64,000 nucleotides of DNA, from contig JAURNY010000022.1 of NCBI GenBank assembly GCA_030829955.1, positions 12,332 through 76,331 of the forward strand, given 5' to 3'. The DNA is from Gammaproteobacteria bacterium (GTDB lineage Bacteria > Pseudomonadota > Gammaproteobacteria > Eutrophobiales > Eutrophobiaceae). Made by a program: the position numbers and the translations under genes. Below the pieces are notes generated by a model. The model saw nothing but the letters and a program-made list of their open reading frames with translations, had not been told where the DNA came from and did not search any database. Shown piece by piece: positions 59,363-64,000 of the stretch (position 1 is the stretch's first letter; every line of letters begins with the position of its first letter).

Positions 59363-60574
59363 TTAACTTGCTTGTTTACTAATATTTTTCAAATAATCCA
59401 GCCACCACCTAGCCTGATCAGCGGTGCTTTTATCATTTAACGCGCGGTTAAAGGCATTTACAGCAAGATTCGTCTTATTTAAATTATAATTGGCAATACC
59501 CAATAAAAGATTAATATTAGCCAATAGAGATTTATCATCAGTCTTAATATCTGCGGTTAATATTGATGCTGCTTCCTGCCATTGTTCGTATTCTATGTAT
59601 AAACGCCCTAGTCTTAGTCGAGTCTTATTGTCATTGAAACTCTGAACGATCTCTCGAAATAAACTCTTGGCTTTTTCGTTTTCTTTCGACAACAGCCAAC
59701 TGTCAGCAAGTAATATCAGGTTTTTTTGATTTTCAGAAACGTTACCTATCGCTAATTCCTTTTCGAGTAGCTTTGCTGATTTTAGTGGTATTTCCATATA
59801 TAAATACATTCTGGCAAGATCGACAATTTCCTGTTCATTCAATAATTCATATTGATAGGCCATTTCAAATGCAGCTAGTGCTTTATTTTCATTTTTTCCT
59901 TCCTGATAAAGTCCGGCTAACTGCAGCCAATAGTCTTTATTATCTGGATGGCTAACCAGAATTTTTTCCAAGATGGTAGCTGCTTTACTAAATTCTTTTT
60001 GCTCATAGTAAGCAGCAAGCAATAAGTTATACCAATCAAGTGGGGGGTTAGCTGATTTACTCAGTGCTTTTTCTATCTGTAAGATTAATTGAGCATAATC
60101 TTTTAATTGATAGTAGGCCGATGCTGCAACTATATGGCTCTCTGCGCTTGCCTCTGCTTCATTAGCAAACCATTGGGTAAGATAGTTAAGCCCTTCTTTA
60201 GCTCGATCTAAGTGTATAAGTATTTTTGCTATAGCGTAACGAAGATCATGTGTTACTTTATCTGGCAGGATGTTTAACGATAAGGCTTGTTGGAAGGCAT
60301 TAGCAGCAGCTGCAAAATCACCTAGCGCATTTTCAACATAACCTAATGTTTGATAAGCCACTGCCTTGTCATATGCGGGCAGTTCTTCTTTTTTTAGCAT
60401 GATATCCAGTTTTAATTTTGCACTTTTGTATTCAAACTTTTCCATGTCTTCCTGAGCTTTTGATAAAATAGCATAATTATCAGATTGAAGTTTTGCTCCA
60501 TCTTCTGCAGGCACAGATATAGCAGCTGTTAGTAGCAACATGCAAAATAAAACTATTTGGCGTATGTTAATCAT
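59363..60574 (-). CDS. TPR-repeat protein of TonB2-type cluster (TtpD-like)
   Basis: Signal peptide plus multiple TPR repeats. ATGA overlap with the tonB stop. Confidence 0.7.
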   Translation of the reverse strand: MINIRQIVLFCMLLLTAAISVPAEDGAKLQSDNYAILSKAQEDMEKFEYKSAKLKLDIMLKKEELPAYDKAVAYQTLGYVENALGDFAAAANAFQQALSLNILPDKVTHDLRYAIAKILIHLDRAKEGLNYLTQWFANEAEASAESHIVAASAYYQLKDYAQLILQIEKALSKSANPPLDWYNLLLAAYYEQKEFSKAATILEKILVSHPDNKDYWLQLAGLYQEGKNENKALAAFEMAYQYELLNEQEIVDLARMYLYMEIPLKSAKLLEKELAIGNVSENQKNLILLADSWLLSKENEKAKSLFREIVQSFNDNKTRLRLGRLYIEYEQWQEAASILTADIKTDDKSLLANINLLLGIANYNLNKTNLAVNAFNRALNDKSTADQARWWLDYLKNISKQAS

Positions 60575-61269
60575 CTTTGTAAGGAAAACTTGATATCTTG
60601 TCGGGCGCGCTTTTCAACCGGTTTACCATCAACCATGTCGGGATTAAATTTCCATTTTTCTATTGCATTCAGTACAGCCTGATTAAATATTTTTGCCGGT
60701 TTGGCCTTGATGATTTCAGCATCCTTTACTGACCCATCTGTTTTGATTGTAAATTCAACGGTAACAACGCCTTCTATACCTGAACGCAGTGCACGAGGAG
60801 GGTAGATCGGAGGAACTCGTAATGTTGGTTTTACATTTATATCGACCTTGGGTTTTATGGATGCTCCTGCTCCAATTGATGAACGAGTATTTTTTGCAAA
60901 GTCACCAAGATAAGGTGTGCCGCTAACTGCTAATGGTATATCTAGTGATGGCATACTCATTTCCATCTCGACAGTAGCCGGTTTTTCAATCTGTGGATCA
61001 AACATGTCAGGGGGAGGGGGCTCTTCCTCAACTTCAGGCGGTTCCAGTTCTTCTATATTATCCTGTTTGATTTTCTGTTCTGGCGTTTCCCTCAGGCGAA
61101 CAAAATCAACCATATTGATATTATTTGCAATTTGGTCAAACGAAATTTCCTTGCTAACGAGTTTCTGAATCAATATAAAAATGGCGATATTGAATATGAT
61201 CGCCATAATTAAATAAACAGGAATTCGTAAGACAGAATTTACTGTTGGATTAATGACGCTCATAGTCAA
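60571..61269 (-). CDS. tonB: energy transducer TonB
   Basis: N-terminal TM anchor, Pro/Glu-rich spacer (EELEPPEVEEEPPPPD), C-terminal TonB domain (YPPRALRSGIEGVVTVEF.I..DG). Confidence 0.85.
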   Translation of the reverse strand: MTMSVINPTVNSVLRIPVYLIMAIIFNIAIFILIQKLVSKEISFDQIANNINMVDFVRLRETPEQKIKQDNIEELEPPEVEEEPPPPDMFDPQIEKPATVEMEMSMPSLDIPLAVSGTPYLGDFAKNTRSSIGAGASIKPKVDINVKPTLRVPPIYPPRALRSGIEGVVTVEFTIKTDGSVKDAEIIKAKPAKIFNQAVLNAIEKWKFNPDMVDGKPVEKRARQDIKFSLQR

Positions 61270-61290
61270 TTACAATGCTTAAGCTCCTGA

Positions 61291-61692
61291 TCATTCAGTC
61301 GAAGCGGCAATAGAAATATTAGTAACACCGGCAAGACGCACCTGATCAAGTACATCAACAGTTATACCTGTTCGGGCACTTTTATCTGCAAGAATGATGA
61401 TCGTTCCTTCAGGATTTTGTGCATACTGATGTTCAACGTGTGCACGTACTGCGCGCAATTCAATTTGATTATTCTCTATCCATATTTTGCCGTCTTTGGT
61501 AATTCCAATAATCATACTGCCTTGTTCTTCTCGAACTGCAGTTTGAGCAGTGGGTCGATCCACTTCAATACCAGACTCCTTTGTAAAGGATGATGTTACT
61601 AGAAAGAAAATAAGTAGTATAAACACCATGTCAATTAATGGCGTTAGATTGATATTTTCAACCGTGTTTTCTTGTGTATGTGTTCTTCTCAT
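61291..61692 (-). CDS. exbD: biopolymer transport protein ExbD/TolR
   Basis: INLTPLIDMVFILLIFFLV signature. 133 aa. Confidence 0.9.
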   Translation of the reverse strand: MRRTHTQENTVENINLTPLIDMVFILLIFFLVTSSFTKESGIEVDRPTAQTAVREEQGSMIIGITKDGKIWIENNQIELRAVRAHVEHQYAQNPEGTIIILADKSARTGITVDVLDQVRLAGVTNISIAASTE

Positions 61693-61694
61693 AA

Positions 61695-62207
61695 TTAATT
61701 ACTAAATTGTTCCTTGGCTTTAAGCTCTTTGTTTTTTACGCGATTACTTAGATCAGAGCCAATATATATACCAATAATTGACGTTACGAGCCCTGCTGTT
61801 GTTGGCAATAATGCACGGGAGATCCCATCCGCCATGCCGCGTGCGTTACCTGTTCCAAACACATTCATTACATCAAAGATAGCAATCATACCTGTTACCG
61901 TTCCAAGCAAACCTAATAACGGAAGAACTGCTGTAATTGCTTTTATTGGAGCGAGGTTATGTTTAAGTTCTATAGACAGTTCTGTTAATAAACTATCGCG
62001 AATTTTATAGGCATATAAGGAAGACTGGTCTTCTCTGAAGTGCCATTTGTTAACAATCTCTTCTAGGGTTTTAGGATAAACACGAAAAATGTACCAGTAC
62101 CGTTCAAGTATTAATATCCATAATAAAAGTGATAGAAAAAAAACACCTATAAGGACAGGGCCGCCCTTACCAAAAAACTCAAGCATGATGTCAATTTGGT
62201 CCAACAT
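61695..62207 (-). CDS. exbB: MotA/TolQ/ExbB proton channel protein (ExbB)
   Basis: 3-TM protein with LPLLGLLGTVTGMI and ALLPTTAGL motifs. ATG at 62207 lies 1 nt after the upstream stop; the track start at 62261 is inside the upstream gene. Confidence 0.9.
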   Translation of the reverse strand: MLDQIDIMLEFFGKGGPVLIGVFFLSLLLWILILERYWYIFRVYPKTLEEIVNKWHFREDQSSLYAYKIRDSLLTELSIELKHNLAPIKAITAVLPLLGLLGTVTGMIAIFDVMNVFGTGNARGMADGISRALLPTTAGLVTSIIGIYIGSDLSNRVKNKELKAKEQFSN

Positions 62208-62208
62208 G

Positions 62209-63552
62209 TTATTTTTTGTTTCTCTCGGCAAACATGGCAACAAAGGCTGTGCTTTTTTCATCTAGAATCTGAATCAAGCTGTTACTACGTGACAACAAAA
62301 AACTGTGCAATAATAATAATGGAATGGCAACAACCAGCCCCAAAACTGTGGTAACCAATGCCTGTGAAATACCACCTGACATCACACGAGGGTCGCCAGT
62401 TCCGTAAAGGGTAATGGATTGAAATGTTTCAATAATACCGGTTACGGTACCCAATAAGCCAAGTAATGGTGTAACAGACGCGAGTAATACAATTGTGCTT
62501 AAACCACGTTTTATTGGGGGTATTTCCTTTAAAATGGCTTCATCAAATTTTAAACCTAATGTCTCGGTATCGACCTCACGGTTTTTAATATACACCTTCA
62601 TAATTCGACCTAATGGATTATTACCAGCATTATTGTCTTTAAGTTGTTTGGCTACTTTTCTACTGGTAATGGTCAACATAATTAAACGTTCCAGTGATAT
62701 TAATAGACCGACAATACCGAGAAATAAAATGATATAACCTACAATGCCCCCTTGCTCGATTCTGTTTTTTAGATCAGGTAGCTGAACCAGAAGTGCCAAC
62801 ATCGCACCACGCGTAGGATCGACAGGGAAGGCGACAAAGCCACTATTGGTGTTTTCAAGTTCCATTGCGGCTTTCTGAAAACTTGGACTAGGTTGTCTGC
62901 CAGGTTCAATCAATTTGCCAGTTTCAGGTAGATTACGTAAATAACGTCCGGCAGAAACAGCATTAAAGACGCCAACCCTGGTAATTGTTTGTTCAATTTC
63001 ATTACCGGCAGCAGTTACGATAGTGCCTTTAAATTTTACTACTTTGCCGGATTCAACCATTTCATCCATTGCCAGTAGCCAGAGGTCTTCCAGTTCTTGT
63101 AATGCAGGCAATTCTTTACTGCTCGAGAGAGTGTCCAGTATTTCATCACGTTCCGTTTTTTGCGCTGACACAAATGAGTTGTCAATGATACTGTCGAGAT
63201 CACCAGCAATCTGTTTAACAATGCCGTCAAGCTCTCCCAAAGCGCCCATCTTCTCTTTTAATGTGCTTTGTTGAGCATTAATCAGACGTTCGTTTTGTTC
63301 ATAAAGTTGTTTCAGACGTTCGCTGTCTTGTTCGAGACTTTGTAATTTGTTTTTGGCATTACTGAGTAATTGTTCTTGTTTATCGCGTGCTTCTTTAAAA
63401 CGTGCTTCACGTTCAGCCAATTCTTTTTTCTCGGTAGATCGTTCCTGTTTAACCTGTTCAAGCAGTTGAACAAGCGAACTAGGTTCTGCCTGTAATGAGG
63501 AACAGGATAAGAATATAAATATAAAGATGACGTTTAATATTATTTTAAACAT
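62209..63552 (-). CDS. large MotA/TolQ/ExbB-family protein with periplasmic coiled-coil N-domain (TtpC-like)
   Basis: Signal peptide, a roughly 250-aa coiled-coil/soluble region, then an ExbB core (PLLGLLGTVTGII, ALVTTVLGLVVAIP). This architecture is known from Vibrio TonB2 systems. Confidence 0.85.
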   Translation of the reverse strand: MFKIILNVIFIFIFLSCSSLQAEPSSLVQLLEQVKQERSTEKKELAEREARFKEARDKQEQLLSNAKNKLQSLEQDSERLKQLYEQNERLINAQQSTLKEKMGALGELDGIVKQIAGDLDSIIDNSFVSAQKTERDEILDTLSSSKELPALQELEDLWLLAMDEMVESGKVVKFKGTIVTAAGNEIEQTITRVGVFNAVSAGRYLRNLPETGKLIEPGRQPSPSFQKAAMELENTNSGFVAFPVDPTRGAMLALLVQLPDLKNRIEQGGIVGYIILFLGIVGLLISLERLIMLTITSRKVAKQLKDNNAGNNPLGRIMKVYIKNREVDTETLGLKFDEAILKEIPPIKRGLSTIVLLASVTPLLGLLGTVTGIIETFQSITLYGTGDPRVMSGGISQALVTTVLGLVVAIPLLLLHSFLLSRSNSLIQILDEKSTAFVAMFAERNKK

Positions 63553-63555
63553 AGT

Positions 63556-64000
63556 CTACTCCGTCACCTGTATTGGTAGTTTCACCAGATCGGGCGGCGC
63601 CTGTTTATTTGCAATCTGCAATCCTTTCTGTATTGACCTGTGATATTCAGAACCTAGTATTTCCCATTTTTTGGTTTCACGATTCCATGCGCCACTTACT
63701 TCAGCATCCAGAGTTTGGAAGGCCATGGTTAATCGACCAACGCGTAATAAATCGACGGTATAGTCGATGCCATTAACCTGCACTGTGTCATTATAGGCTT
63801 CAATTGTGCGACCATATTCCATTTCAATTTGATAGGCTTCCATGATGCGGCGATATTTATCCGGTAAAGTTACGTCAGGACGGTCCATCATTTCCTGTAA
63901 GGCTGCCACACGTTGTTGACGCTCATCTAGTAGAAATGGTATATCCAACGCAACAAATTGTTCCAAAGTGCTAATCATTTTTAGCATTAAAGGGACTATA
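63556..64000 (-). CDS. DUF3450-family protein (TtpB-like), C-terminal part; 5' end outside window
   Basis: Frame is open to the window edge. The gene sits in the conserved position upstream of the large ExbB-like gene in TonB2-type clusters. Confidence 0.6.
   Translation of the reverse strand, partial: IVPLMLKMISTLEQFVALDIPFLLDERQQRVAALQEMMDRPDVTLPDKYRRIMEAYQIEMEYGRTIEAYNDTVQVNGIDYTVDLLRVGRLTMAFQTLDAEVSGAWNRETKKWEILGSEYHRSIQKGLQIANKQAPPDLVKLPIQVTE

Noticed and set aside
1-64000. Search for CRISPR arrays, IS elements/transposases, integrases, prophage genes, toxin-antitoxin pairs and classic defence genes
   Set aside because: None seen. No regularly spaced repeats, no DDE/tyrosine recombinase-like translations, and no tRNA attachment sites.

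Overview
AT-rich gammaproteobacterial chromosomal window, about 90% coding. I found no rRNA, tRNA, CRISPR array, IS element or integrase. The core (17.5-41.2 kb) is the classic housekeeping block glnD-map | rpsB-tsf-pyrH-frr-uppS-cdsA-dxr-rseP-bamA-skp-lpxD-fabZ-lpxA-lpxB-rnhB-dnaE-accA-tilS. It is preceded by mutH and dusA, an FKBP-type PPIase, prc, an NAD-IDH-like gene, an HDAC-family gene, a CbiX-like gene, an MtaB-like gene, msrA, sohB and a truncated avtA. The right third is more accessory. (i) A tight six-gene minus-strand operon (42.65-47.16 kb) encodes an L,D-transpeptidase, a DUF302 lipoprotein, a MotA/ExbB-family channel, an ExbD/TolR-signature protein with an unrecognised periplasmic domain, a 2-TM protein and a signal peptide-vWA-TM-FHA protein. 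I cannot place it in any characterised proton-motor system, and it is my top candidate for something new. (ii) A 24-codon pqqA is absent from the ORF track. It has its own terminator, a near-consensus sigma-54 promoter and upstream palindromes, and sits divergent from a histidine kinase / NtrC-type activator pair. (iii) ndh, a DUF1244 gene and a GumN/TraB gene follow. (iv) A czcCBA-ordered RND efflux operon lies behind a PepSY gene remnant and inverted repeats. (v) A Vibrio TonB2-type cluster (DUF3450, large ExbB-like, ExbB, ExbD, TonB, TPR) runs off the right edge. Other points: the IDH-family gene has no canonical start codon for its conserved N-terminus (probable AUU start), S2 has a long Lys-rich tail, and several ORF-track N-termini are over-extended. 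All calls come from reading translations and motifs by eye; no database search was run.
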